Source: a virus
Reading direction: 5' to 3' (one strand)
Virus record (IMG/VR): IMGVR_UViG_3300045988_120629
DNA: 35,502 nt
Below the pieces are notes generated by a model. That model saw only the letters and a list, made by a program, of their open reading frames with translations, was not told the DNA's origin and made no database searches. Position numbers and translations under genes: made by a program. Below are positions 18,560 through 26,993 of this stretch, piece by piece (position 1 is the stretch's first letter; every line of letters begins with the position of its first letter).

Positions 18560-20326
18560 ATGAATAAAATGATACGTATATACAGTTGCAATGAAACCGA
18601 TTTCAGTTCAAACGGTTTGGCAATTTTGGACGAGGCAAAGGACGTTTGTATTACACACGAATTAAACGGCAGCTACAATTTGCAATTTGAATATCCGATA
18701 GATTCGGCTAAATGGGAATTTATCGCAAACAACCGTATTTGTAGGGTAGGGAATGAATGTTTCCGTATTCGTTCTATTGATAATAATAAAATATACGCAC
18801 TGGCACTGTATATGGACGCACAATTTAAACATATTCAGTATATCGGTGATATGTTGGGAAAAACACCGCGTTATATTATGACACAGCTGTTTAAAAACAC
18901 CAATATACATATAATGACGGACGCAGAGGTAAAATCATTGGGAATGGAATGGGTGAACACCGCAACCGATTTTTTTGAGGCGTCGAAGATAACACCGATT
19001 GTCGGTGTGTCTACGCTGTCAGAAACATTAGAAAAACAATCGACAATGTGCGAATTATATGTAGATAATTATAATTTGGCACTGGTTAAACAAATCGGCA
19101 AGGACAACGGTAACGAATTAACATTACGTTTCAATGCAAAATCGGCTGAATCGTCACGTGACGCGTCTACGTTGATAACGCGACTATATCCATACGGACA
19201 GGACGATTTGGATATATCAACGGTCAATAACGGTAAACAGTATATAGACAGTCCTATGGTTGAAAAAATAGGTGTCTACGAGGGGTTCTCAAATTTTGAC
19301 GAATGCGAAGAACCGGACGAACTGTTAAAACTGGCAAAGTGGCAATTTTCAGAAGATAATTTAGAACGTATTGATATACCTAAATATACAATGACTGTCG
19401 GTTACGTTGATGTTTGCGAGGCGTACAAATATCATAATCTGAACAGGCCGAGCATTGGGGACAGGGTGAAAATTTTCGACAAGAGTATGAATACAAAAAC
19501 GCTGCAAAGAATTATAACAACAAAAATTTATCCGTTCGAGCCGAGGAAATCAACCATTGAAGTGGGACACCCGCAAGTCACTATTGATAGTTTTTTCAAG
19601 GATATTGCTACAACAAATATAATCCAAAAAATACAACGAAACGGCAAGAAAGAAATCAAGACAAGTTATTTGGAAATGATGAGAGAAAACGTCAAAGTCA
19701 GCATAAACGAGGCACTGCAGAATGAGAATATCGCCAAGTATCAGACCGGAGCATTGTTTGAAAGTCCCGACGGTCAAAGTGCTGTCGCAATAATTAAAGG
19801 TCAGTTGGCTATTGCAGGACAAAAAACCGAGGGTGAATGGGATTGGACAACGGTAATCAATGACAATGAAATAATTGTATCTGACGTGTTCACTGGTGCG
19901 TTGTATACAAACCTATGTACAATAATGTCTGCCAACGGCAAATTGACAATAGAAAACAGTTTAATAACAATGCAGGACGAAAATAATATTGTTAGATTTG
20001 AATGTGGTTATAAAAACGGTAAATATGTTTTTTGTTTGTATGACGCTACAGGCGAACAAAACGTGTATATAAATAGTAGCGGCGAGGCGGTATTTGCCGG
20101 AAAGATAACGTCACATAAATCGGCAGAACTGTACGGCGGTTTGACATTGGGTAGCGGAGCAGACAGTTGCATTACATTTATGGGACCTGTCAGAGCAGAG
20201 GGCAGTATTTCGGTAGTAGACCACGAAATGGACATCGATGCGAACTATGTAAGAATAAAAGGTATAGATGTAAAAAGCGAGTTTGACAAACTATGGCAAA
20301 CGATTAGCGAATTAAAAAATAAATAA
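18560..20326 (+). CDS. Tail-associated protein (Tal; Prophage_tail / minor structural protein N-terminal domain)
   Basis: RIYSCNETDFSSNGLAILDEA...ELNGSYNLQFEYP is typical of the Tal N-terminal domain. 588 aa, positioned after Dit. Confidence 0.8.
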   Translation: MNKMIRIYSCNETDFSSNGLAILDEAKDVCITHELNGSYNLQFEYPIDSAKWEFIANNRICRVGNECFRIRSIDNNKIYALALYMDAQFKHIQYIGDMLGKTPRYIMTQLFKNTNIHIMTDAEVKSLGMEWVNTATDFFEASKITPIVGVSTLSETLEKQSTMCELYVDNYNLALVKQIGKDNGNELTLRFNAKSAESSRDASTLITRLYPYGQDDLDISTVNNGKQYIDSPMVEKIGVYEGFSNFDECEEPDELLKLAKWQFSEDNLERIDIPKYTMTVGYVDVCEAYKYHNLNRPSIGDRVKIFDKSMNTKTLQRIITTKIYPFEPRKSTIEVGHPQVTIDSFFKDIATTNIIQKIQRNGKKEIKTSYLEMMRENVKVSINEALQNENIAKYQTGALFESPDGQSAVAIIKGQLAIAGQKTEGEWDWTTVINDNEIIVSDVFTGALYTNLCTIMSANGKLTIENSLITMQDENNIVRFECGYKNGKYVFCLYDATGEQNVYINSSGEAVFAGKITSHKSAELYGGLTLGSGADSCITFMGPVRAEGSISVVDHEMDIDANYVRIKGIDVKSEFDKLWQTISELKNK

Positions 20327-20328
20327 AA

Positions 20329-20352
20329 AGAATAGGGACATAGCCCTATTCT
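20329..20352 (-). terminator. Hairpin terminator between the convergent Tal gene and the minus-strand moron gene
   Basis: AGAATAGGG (20329..20337) pairs with CCCTATTCT (20344..20352). The U-run is present only for the minus-strand transcript (A-run 20321..20329). Confidence 0.65.
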
Positions 20353-20930
20353 GTAACACTATTTATAAACGGTAAGATTTTTGTGGTATATGAATCTAAT
20401 TCTATTAATCTGCGGTCAGTATTGCAACGTTTGATATTATCGACAACTACGTCAAGGGTTTCACTATCTATAATAATATCAGTGCCAAAGTGATAGGAAT
20501 GATTTGAATTATTCGCATTTAATTTATTCAGCATATACTGTATATCTGTTTCATCAATATATGCAACACCGTCAACGTATTCAATTTCTATGCCGTCACT
20601 GGTGTAGTCGTAACCGTCGTCACCTTTAACAATCGAAATTTGTGCGGGTGTAAATGACGGTAGCGGTGTGGGTGTTGGTTCGGCGGCGGTATCTGTATCA
20701 ATCGTAATAGTGTTGTCACTGAAACCGACATTGAAACCACCGACAGCGTCGGCAACGTCACGTAATTTGAAATATGTATTATCGTTGATGTTGTAACCCT
20801 CTATCGCTGTTTCCGTACCGTTTACGGCAACAGGGAACGGGTTAGCCGTTACTGCATATTCTACGGCGAAACCTGTCGCTGTCGCACAGATTATACCGCC
20901 TGTTATAAAACCTAATATAAATTTTTTCAT
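20346..20930 (-). CDS. Secreted or membrane-anchored protein with a copper-amine-oxidase-N-terminal-like (stalk) domain and an unknown C-terminal domain
   Basis: Internal ATG (20930) of track ORF 20346..21134, preceded by AAAGGAGG. Signal/anchor MKKFILGFITGGIICATATGF. VAVNGTETAIEGYNINDNTYFKLRDVADAVGGFNVGFSDNTITID matches the Cu_amine_oxidN1 pattern. A Pro/Thr linker EPTPTPLPSFTP follows. Confidence 0.7.
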   Translation of the reverse strand: MKKFILGFITGGIICATATGFAVEYAVTANPFPVAVNGTETAIEGYNINDNTYFKLRDVADAVGGFNVGFSDNTITIDTDTAAEPTPTPLPSFTPAQISIVKGDDGYDYTSDGIEIEYVDGVAYIDETDIQYMLNKLNANNSNHSYHFGTDIIIDSETLDVVVDNIKRCNTDRRLIELDSYTTKILPFINSVTE

Positions 20931-20954
20931 AGCTTGTAGCCTCCTTTTGTTTTT

Positions 20955-20983
20955 AATATATAATAATTTGTGCATTTTGTCAA
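20955..20983 (-). promoter_or_regulatory. Sigma-A-type promoter for the secreted-protein gene
   Basis: Minus strand: TTGACA (20983..20978), 17 nt, TATATT (20960..20955). Confidence 0.55.
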
Positions 20984-20990
20984 TATTTGT

Positions 20991-21019
20991 TTGACAATAC
21001 AGCATTAATATGGTAATAT
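20991..21019 (+). promoter_or_regulatory. Sigma-A-type promoter (extended -10) upstream of the abi gene
   Basis: TTGACA (20991..20996), 17 nt, TG-n-TAATAT (21011..21019). Confidence 0.6.
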
Positions 21020-21096
21020 AAAAATAAAAAGAAAAAAATTCTAAAAAACTATTGCTTTTTTTAAGCAGATAGAATATAATATAACGCATGAGATAG

Positions 21097-21151
21097 GCCT
21101 CAACACGCCTCTTCGCAATGCGAATGCGTACCATGTTGAGGCTGCTTTTTT
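21097..21151 (+). terminator. Intrinsic-terminator-like structure inside the abi 5' leader
   Basis: GCCTCAACA (21097..21105) pairs with TGTTGAGGC (21134..21142), followed by TGCTTTTTTATTTT. There is a nested palindrome TTCGCAaTGCGAA (21112..21124) and an upstream bulged hairpin at 21049..21072. Confidence 0.55.
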
Positions 21152-21167
21152 ATTTTAGGAGTATTGT

Positions 21168-22025
21168 ATGGAAATAAAAAGACCGACTACAATAGAAGAA
21201 CAAATAAAAATTTTAGGTGGTAGAAAGTTAGTTATTGAAGATGTTGAATTCGCTCAAAATGTACTTTTATCGGTAAATTATTATAATTTTACTGGTTATT
21301 TACATACATATAAAAATGCAGATGACAATTACGAAAACATTTCTTTTAATCAAGCGTATAGAATATATCTATGCGATAGACGTATTAGGTCTACTATATT
21401 ATACGCGATAGAGAGTATTGAACATAATTTAAAGACGAAAATCGCTTATGTAATAGCGATGAATACCTGTGCAACATCTTACTTAAACAAAGATATTTTC
21501 GTGGATGAAGAAGAACACCAAAAACTACTACAAAAATTTGGACAAGCAATAAATAGAAATAGTAAAATACCATTCGTAAAACATCACATAAAGAAATATG
21601 ACAGAAGATTTCCTATTTGGGTAGCTATTGAAATTTCTACCTTAGGAATGGTGTGGAATTGTTATAAAAATTTAAAGACACCTCTAAAAAAGAAGATTGC
21701 ATCAAAATTTAATATAGGTTCCGTTTATTTGGAGAGCTGGATTGAATGTATATCTTATTTACGAAATGTATGCGCACACTATATGAGGTTATATAGATTT
21801 AAGGTACAGAAGACACCTAAAAAGAGTAAAAAACATAGTATGAATAATATATCTCACTGCATATATGACATTATAAATGTAATGCGTTTTTTAATGCCAA
21901 GTAAAGATGAATGGAATAATTACATAATTTCTAATATTGCTCAAATCTTTGAAGAATATAAAGATGTTGTAAGTCCTGAAGATTATGGTTTTCCAAAGAA
22001 CTGGGAAAAAACTTTAACATTATAA
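21168..22025 (+). CDS. Abortive-infection protein, Abi_2 (AbiD/AbiF-like) family, HEPN-type
   Basis: N-terminus RPTTIEEQIKILGGRKLVIEDVEFAQNVLLSVNYYNFTGY and FPIWVAIEISTLGMVWNCY are typical of Abi_2. There is an Rx4H HEPN motif, RNVCAH (R codon at 21762). The gene is visibly more AT-rich than its neighbours. Confidence 0.85.
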   Translation: MEIKRPTTIEEQIKILGGRKLVIEDVEFAQNVLLSVNYYNFTGYLHTYKNADDNYENISFNQAYRIYLCDRRIRSTILYAIESIEHNLKTKIAYVIAMNTCATSYLNKDIFVDEEEHQKLLQKFGQAINRNSKIPFVKHHIKKYDRRFPIWVAIEISTLGMVWNCYKNLKTPLKKKIASKFNIGSVYLESWIECISYLRNVCAHYMRLYRFKVQKTPKKSKKHSMNNISHCIYDIINVMRFLMPSKDEWNNYIISNIAQIFEEYKDVVSPEDYGFPKNWEKTLTL

Positions 22026-22035
22026 TATTGAAATT

Positions 22036-22061
22036 AAGCACGTCTTACGGCGTGCTTTTTT
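22036..22061 (+). terminator. Rho-independent terminator after abi (copy 1 of a duplicated terminator)
   Basis: AAGCACG, loop, CGTGCTT, followed by TTTT. Confidence 0.75.
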
Positions 22062-22107
22062 CGTACCAAAAATGAGGTGACACAATGTACAGACGAATAC
22101 CACCATA

Positions 22108-22130
22108 GCACGCTTACGGCGTGTTTTTTT
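22108..22130 (+). terminator. Second, near-identical terminator (copy 2)
   Basis: GCACGC ttac GGCGTG followed by TTTTTTT. The flanks (..accaaaat) repeat those of copy 1. Confidence 0.7.
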
Positions 22131-22177
22131 AATACCAAAATCCCAATCAATTACGATTTTAAGGAAGGACTGATAAA

Positions 22178-24862
22178 ATGAAATTAAATTTTAATTTTAG
22201 CGGAAAAACGCTGTTAAAGGATTGGTGGAAGATTGTTCGTGATAATTTCACGGCAATTCAAACCGACCACAACACACTGTCCAATAAATTGGATACAGAA
22301 ATAACGCAACGCACCAACGCTGATGTAGGTTTGGCGGATAAAATCACAGCCGAAACCAAGGCGAGGGAAAGTACCGACAATACGTTACAAGGGAATATTG
22401 ACGCAGAGGCGAAAAACAGGCGGGTCGGTGACAGTGAATTGCGAGAACAAATTTTAACCGAACAGACAAACAGAACAAACGCCGACGATATACTGAACGG
22501 CGAGAAAGCTGATAAAACCGATTTGTATGGCAAGGAAACAGATGTTGTCCATACAATAACGCACAGTTTGGAAAAATCAGATTTATCTATAGACATTAAC
22601 ACGTCATACGGTGACGGCACAATAACGATAAACAGTTTGGCGGTGCAGACTAAAATCTTTTTGGACGGGAATTCAGCGATACAAACAGAGCCGATTTCAG
22701 CTTCTTTTTCTGCGGAAAAGGGCGAAGAAGGCGAAAAGTGGGTTAATTTGCTCTATGACCAATATACAGGTAAACTCGGATTAGAAGTTACAGAGCAACC
22801 CGAAGCGGGAAATGTTGCAAAGATAGCGGTAACATATATGAAAGCCGAAGTTGCCGAAATGTATGCGGGTCAACTGAAGTTTGACGGTATCAAAGATTTG
22901 AGAGCATTAAAAACAGACAATAAAAATTCGTTTTTGGCGGCGGTCAATGAAATTGCAACAAAACTGACAACTGAAATTTCGGACAGAGAGGGTGCAGAGC
23001 ATTCACTGACTGAAAAAATCATTACTGAAATTTCAGACCGACAGGCGGCGGACAACGAGTTGAAAGCAAAAATATCAGATATAAATACAGAACTGACAAC
23101 GGATAACCTGTTTTATGATTTATCTAAATACGTCAACAGTGACAACACATTAGTCACTGACGACAGCGGTGTACAGTATTTGTCATATTCGGGTTCGTTT
23201 GAAAACGGAGCGTATTTGTATCACAATTTTGTTGTTGATAATTTCCGCCGTAAACCGAAAACGGAAACCACATTAGAATTGACATTTGATGTGGCGTCAC
23301 GTCATATAGCTGGGGACGGTTGCGACAGTGGCGGTTTGAATATAGGCGAAACAGACGTATTGATTACATACACTGATACAACAACAGAAACATTCGGACA
23401 GTCATATTACACAGCAACCGATACAGGTGATAAAACAATCACGATAAACGGTACATCAGAAACGTATAAAACAACAAAATTTAAAATTGAAATCCCTGTA
23501 ACCAAAGAAATTAAATCAATTTCATTCCGAATTGTATCGGATAACTTTTATACAAACGGTGACCCGACGGGAAATGCGTGTAAACAGAAAACATTAATAC
23601 AGTCGGCTGTTTGTTATGATGATGAATGTGTAGCGGTATTACGTGATGATATTAACGCGAATACATCAAAAATTACTGCCAATACAACAAAAATCACCGA
23701 AATTGATAAAACAGTTACAGACATTGCAAAAAGTCAAATATTTGTCGTGTGTGACGGCGACCACGACGAATTAAAATTACAGGCGGCGATAGATAGCGCG
23801 CCGTATAAAAGTATTATATATCCTGTAGGTGAATTGTGCGTTATCACAAATGCAAATATGAAGTCGGGTTACGGAATGACGGGAACTAATAACGGTGTGG
23901 CAATTCCGTTGAAGGGCGGTATGTCGTTAGACGGTTCGATGTGCGATACAATTATGTTCAAAAACACAAATCCTGCTGAAAAACAGTATATTTTCCATTT
24001 GCCGGATGGCGCTAAAATGCAAAATGTAAAATTTACAGAGGACACGGACACTGTAACGGCGGACACGGTTAATCCGACAGTATTATCAGCGCAAAGTAGT
24101 TCACAGATAATATCCTGTACATTCTACGATATATTCAGTACACATCAATTCGGTGTATCAACGTTTGAAATGAGCAACGTTCTGTTTTTGAACAACGTCA
24201 TAGATACGTTCGCAGGTGCACCGGCAAATAATTTGACATACGAAATAAAAATCGCAGGCAATTCGTTTGTTATGGGTAACAAATTTTTGAATTTCACGCA
24301 AAAAGAACAATCGTTAGGATATATGCTACAGGCGTCAACCGTTATATTTGTAAACAATTATATGTCCGGTTTTACAAATTGCAGTATTGATATAGGCAAA
24401 AAAATAGTAGGCAATATATTTAAAACGTTTACTGATTGCAGTATCGATATAAATGGCGAAATTTCGGACAATGAATTTGCAGCAATTACACAGAACACAA
24501 AAACACCGTTTATATACACCAAGGGGATTACATTAATCAGCGGAAACAGAATGCCTGTTATAAAAATTAATTCCGAATATATCGATTTTATCGAATGCGG
24601 AAATTATGCCGTTATATGCGGAAATTATATGCACATTTCCGCAGGCCCTACGTCGGGACAGTGTAATCTAATATCAGCCAGCAGTCAGACGCTGATAGCA
24701 GATAATATATTTAGGACAACGGCGTCTGTAACGGCAAATGCAGATTTTTCAATTATATACAGCGACGGTAAAACAGTAGTCAAAAATAACGTGACAAACG
24801 CAACATCAATCGGAACGTTCGGCGATACGTGCGTTGTTGACGGAAATGTGACAGGGTGGTGA
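22178..24862 (+). CDS. Tail fibre / receptor-binding protein with coiled-coil shaft and a probable C-terminal parallel beta-helix
   Basis: 894 aa. N-terminal repeats of the R..AD..L type and a TEISDR duplication. The C-terminal third has periodic GN/DN-x-[FM] repeats (VGNIF, SDNEF, SGNRM, CGNYM, ADNIF, KNNV, DGNV). Confidence 0.7.
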   Translation: MKLNFNFSGKTLLKDWWKIVRDNFTAIQTDHNTLSNKLDTEITQRTNADVGLADKITAETKARESTDNTLQGNIDAEAKNRRVGDSELREQILTEQTNRTNADDILNGEKADKTDLYGKETDVVHTITHSLEKSDLSIDINTSYGDGTITINSLAVQTKIFLDGNSAIQTEPISASFSAEKGEEGEKWVNLLYDQYTGKLGLEVTEQPEAGNVAKIAVTYMKAEVAEMYAGQLKFDGIKDLRALKTDNKNSFLAAVNEIATKLTTEISDREGAEHSLTEKIITEISDRQAADNELKAKISDINTELTTDNLFYDLSKYVNSDNTLVTDDSGVQYLSYSGSFENGAYLYHNFVVDNFRRKPKTETTLELTFDVASRHIAGDGCDSGGLNIGETDVLITYTDTTTETFGQSYYTATDTGDKTITINGTSETYKTTKFKIEIPVTKEIKSISFRIVSDNFYTNGDPTGNACKQKTLIQSAVCYDDECVAVLRDDINANTSKITANTTKITEIDKTVTDIAKSQIFVVCDGDHDELKLQAAIDSAPYKSIIYPVGELCVITNANMKSGYGMTGTNNGVAIPLKGGMSLDGSMCDTIMFKNTNPAEKQYIFHLPDGAKMQNVKFTEDTDTVTADTVNPTVLSAQSSSQIISCTFYDIFSTHQFGVSTFEMSNVLFLNNVIDTFAGAPANNLTYEIKIAGNSFVMGNKFLNFTQKEQSLGYMLQASTVIFVNNYMSGFTNCSIDIGKKIVGNIFKTFTDCSIDINGEISDNEFAAITQNTKTPFIYTKGITLISGNRMPVIKINSEYIDFIECGNYAVICGNYMHISAGPTSGQCNLISASSQTLIADNIFRTTASVTANADFSIIYSDGKTVVKNNVTNATSIGTFGDTCVVDGNVTGW

Positions 24863-24866
24863 TATT

Positions 24867-25244
24867 ATGTACAAATTTTATATGAAAAACGGAACAGCAC
24901 AATTTTATGAACACGGTGTTGAAATTGACGGCACGGTGTACGGAATACAAAAAGATAGCGACATATTACGTATAAAACGCAGGATTGTCAATGATAAATT
25001 CGCTGAAACTGACGACAATTTCGATATGGACACAGAAATCGCAAAAATTCAGCATACGGACGTAACGTTGGAACAGCCAACTTCAGAACAACTGTCACAG
25101 ATACAGTCAAAAACATTTGACAGTATGTCGGATATGAAACAATATGTTCAGTCTGTTATGAACGGTGAGCTGACACAGGATGAAATCAACGCAATGCTGA
25201 TGTTACAGATTGCGGAACTGAAAGCAGGTGTTGGTGGTGAATAA
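24867..25244 (+). CDS. Hypothetical protein (fibre-associated, in an XkdW-like position)
   Basis: RBS GGGTGGTGA. Located between the fibre gene and the XkdX-like gene. No motif recognised. Confidence 0.5.
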   Translation: MYKFYMKNGTAQFYEHGVEIDGTVYGIQKDSDILRIKRRIVNDKFAETDDNFDMDTEIAKIQHTDVTLEQPTSEQLSQIQSKTFDSMSDMKQYVQSVMNGELTQDEINAMLMLQIAELKAGVGGE

Positions 25245-25359
25245 AGCGTTAATCAAGAAGTACTATCAAATGGGTATTTACAAAGAGAAACACCTTGACA
25301 TATTCGTCAAAGCGGGAGATATAACGAAAGCAGAAAAACGAGAGATTATGGAGGGTTAA
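25237..25359 (+). CDS. XkdX-family small protein (40 aa)
   Basis: Below the track cutoff. GTG at 25237 lies 6 nt after AGGTG. Hand translation: (M)NKALIKKYYQMGIYKEKHLDIFVKAGDITKAEKREIMEG, which fits the XkdX pattern (..FV..G.IT..E...I.G). Confidence 0.5.
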   Translation: MNKALIKKYYQMGIYKEKHLDIFVKAGDITKAEKREIMEG

Positions 25360-25360
25360 C

Positions 25361-25639
25361 ATGGAAAACGAAAAAGAAGTGTGGGAGCGTCTGACTGCCG
25401 TAGAGCAGTCCACCAAGTCGGCACACCACAGAATTGACGGTATCGAAAAACTGACCGAAAGCGTCCACATCATAGCTACGGAAACTAAGGCAATGCGTGA
25501 GGACGTAAACGATATTACATCACGGGTAGACGAAATAGAAAAACGTCCTACAAAGCGATACGAAACGGTAGTTACCGCCATTATTACGGCAATAGTGGGC
25601 GGTTTGATAGGTTATTTTGTTAAAATGTTAGGATTTTAG
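25361..25639 (+). CDS. xhlA: XhlA-like haemolysin / holin-accessory protein
   Basis: Coiled N-terminus (RLTAVEQSTKSAHHRIDGIEK...) plus a single C-terminal TM helix (VVTAIITAIVGGLIGYFV). Located in the PBSX-like lysis cassette position. Confidence 0.75.
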   Translation: MENEKEVWERLTAVEQSTKSAHHRIDGIEKLTESVHIIATETKAMREDVNDITSRVDEIEKRPTKRYETVVTAIITAIVGGLIGYFVKMLGF

Positions 25640-25667
25640 TATTTTAGAAATTAGGAGGTACATTAAA

Positions 25668-25862
25668 ATGAAAGAATGGCTAAAATGCGCGGGTATTCGT
25701 GCAATAAAAACAGTAGCACAAACAGCAGTTGCCACTATTGGTACTGCTATTGCTATGGGAGACGTAAATTGGGTATTGGTAGGTAGTGCATCTGCACTTG
25801 CAGGAATACTTTCTCTGCTAACATCTATTGCAGGTCTTCCTGAAATCCAAGAAAAGAATTGA
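25668..25862 (+). CDS. Holin (phiLC3 / Phage_holin_5-like, two TM helices)
   Basis: 64 aa, RAIKTVAQTAVATIGTAIA plus a second TM helix, RBS AGGAGG, immediately upstream of the endolysin. Confidence 0.7.
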   Translation: MKEWLKCAGIRAIKTVAQTAVATIGTAIAMGDVNWVLVGSASALAGILSLLTSIAGLPEIQEKN

Positions 25863-25872
25863 GGGGATACAT

Positions 25873-26718
25873 ATGCGAACAATAAATGATGGATTTCCAA
25901 TCAAACAGTTCAATGGTATTGACATTGATACGTCAATACAGTCATCATCGGCAAACTATTACACATACAGTAGTCGTTTGGTGAAATTTATTGTAATTCA
26001 CTACACCGGAAACAAGAAGGACACCGCAAAAGCAAATGCAACATATTTTCATAATGGTTCACGAGGTGCATCGGCACATTTGTTTACTGATGATGATAGT
26101 TGTTATCAATCAGTCGCATTGAATAATGCCGCATGGGCGGTGGGCGGCACAAAGGTATATAAACATGCCGAATGCCGCAACATAAACAGCATATCCATTG
26201 AAATGTGTTGTAGCGGTAATTCTATTGTGTCAGAAAAAACAATCAACAATACCGCATATTTGTGCGCTGAATTGTGTAAATACATAGGCATTACAGCAGA
26301 TACAGTTGATATATTTGTTTTGCGCCACTATGACGTGTGGGACAAACAGTGTCCGGCACAGTGGGCAACTGAGAACAGTGCCGGTTGGACGACATTCAAA
26401 GAAAAGGTTAAGGCGATTTTAAGAAATGAGGAGGGACTGACGATGGAGCAGTACAATGAATTAAAAAATCTAATAGAGAAACAGGCGGCGGAAATTGCCG
26501 ATTTAAAAAACATCAACAAACAGTTGGTAAACGTAGTTCAAACTACAATGATTTACGACTACAACGATAATAATATGCCGCCTTGGGCAAGACCAGCAGT
26601 CCAATCCGCAATGGATTGCGGAGCGGTACAGGGTGATGAGAACGGCAGATTAGGTTTATCCTATAAGGATTTACGTGCCATTGTACGTGAATATCGTTGC
26701 GGATTGTATAATAAATAG
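25873..26718 (+). CDS. Endolysin, N-acetylmuramoyl-L-alanine amidase (Amidase_2/PGRP) with a C-terminal binding region
   Basis: Internal ATG at 25873 after GAGGGGA. VIHYTGN..., ASAHLF, RHYDVWDKQCP zinc-ligand motif. Confidence 0.85.
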   Translation: MRTINDGFPIKQFNGIDIDTSIQSSSANYYTYSSRLVKFIVIHYTGNKKDTAKANATYFHNGSRGASAHLFTDDDSCYQSVALNNAAWAVGGTKVYKHAECRNINSISIEMCCSGNSIVSEKTINNTAYLCAELCKYIGITADTVDIFVLRHYDVWDKQCPAQWATENSAGWTTFKEKVKAILRNEEGLTMEQYNELKNLIEKQAAEIADLKNINKQLVNVVQTTMIYDYNDNNMPPWARPAVQSAMDCGAVQGDENGRLGLSYKDLRAIVREYRCGLYNK

Positions 26719-26722
26719 GATA

Positions 26723-26753
26723 AAAAATAGGTGGCTACGTGCCACCTATTTTT
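26723..26753. terminator. Bidirectional terminator between the endolysin gene and the minus-strand HTH gene
   Basis: AAAAATAGGTGGC (26723..26735), tacgt, GCCACCTATTTTT (26741..26753). An A-run lies on one side and a T-run on the other. Confidence 0.8.
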
Positions 26754-26935
26754 TATTTGTTTTCGTCTGCAATTCTGTTGATTGCTTCAACCAACAATTT
26801 CTCCGCCCAAACAGGCGGTTTTCTGTCGCCCTTTTCCCAATGGGCGAGAGTGCCTAAAGGGATTTCAAACCGTCTTGATAGTTCAGCTTGCGTCAGACCT
26901 GCCGCAAGTCGAGCTTGTTTTATTTTGCAATCCAT
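26753..26935 (-). CDS. Small XRE-family HTH protein (60 aa; Aca-like or antitoxin-like)
   Basis: IKQARLAAGLTQAELSRRFEIPLGTLAHWEKGDRKPP is a classic HTH_XRE with the WE.G.R.P tail. RBS AAAGGTGA. Confidence 0.8.
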   Translation of the reverse strand: MDCKIKQARLAAGLTQAELSRRFEIPLGTLAHWEKGDRKPPVWAEKLLVEAINRIADENK

Positions 26936-26957
26936 ATATTATCACCTTTTATTCTAT

Positions 26958-26985
26958 ATCCCCTGTCATTTGAATGACAGGGGAT
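26958..26985. promoter_or_regulatory. Perfect 13+13 palindrome between the two genes of the accessory operon
   Basis: ATCCCCTGTCATT tg AATGACAGGGGAT, read directly. Confidence 0.6.
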
Positions 26986-26993
26986 AAGTTTAA

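Noticed and set aside
20931-21134. N-terminal 68-codon extension of the minus-strand ORF 20346..21134
   Set aside because: The extension runs through the divergent promoter region and the abi leader terminator and encodes low-complexity Phe/Tyr/Ile sequence. The internal ATG at 20930 has a perfect AAAGGAGG RBS and starts a typical signal peptide.
26675-26987. Three overlapping plus-strand ORFs (60-82 aa) downstream of the endolysin
   Set aside because: They have no RBS, and they run through the bidirectional terminator and antisense to a minus-strand ORF that has a textbook XRE HTH and its own RBS.
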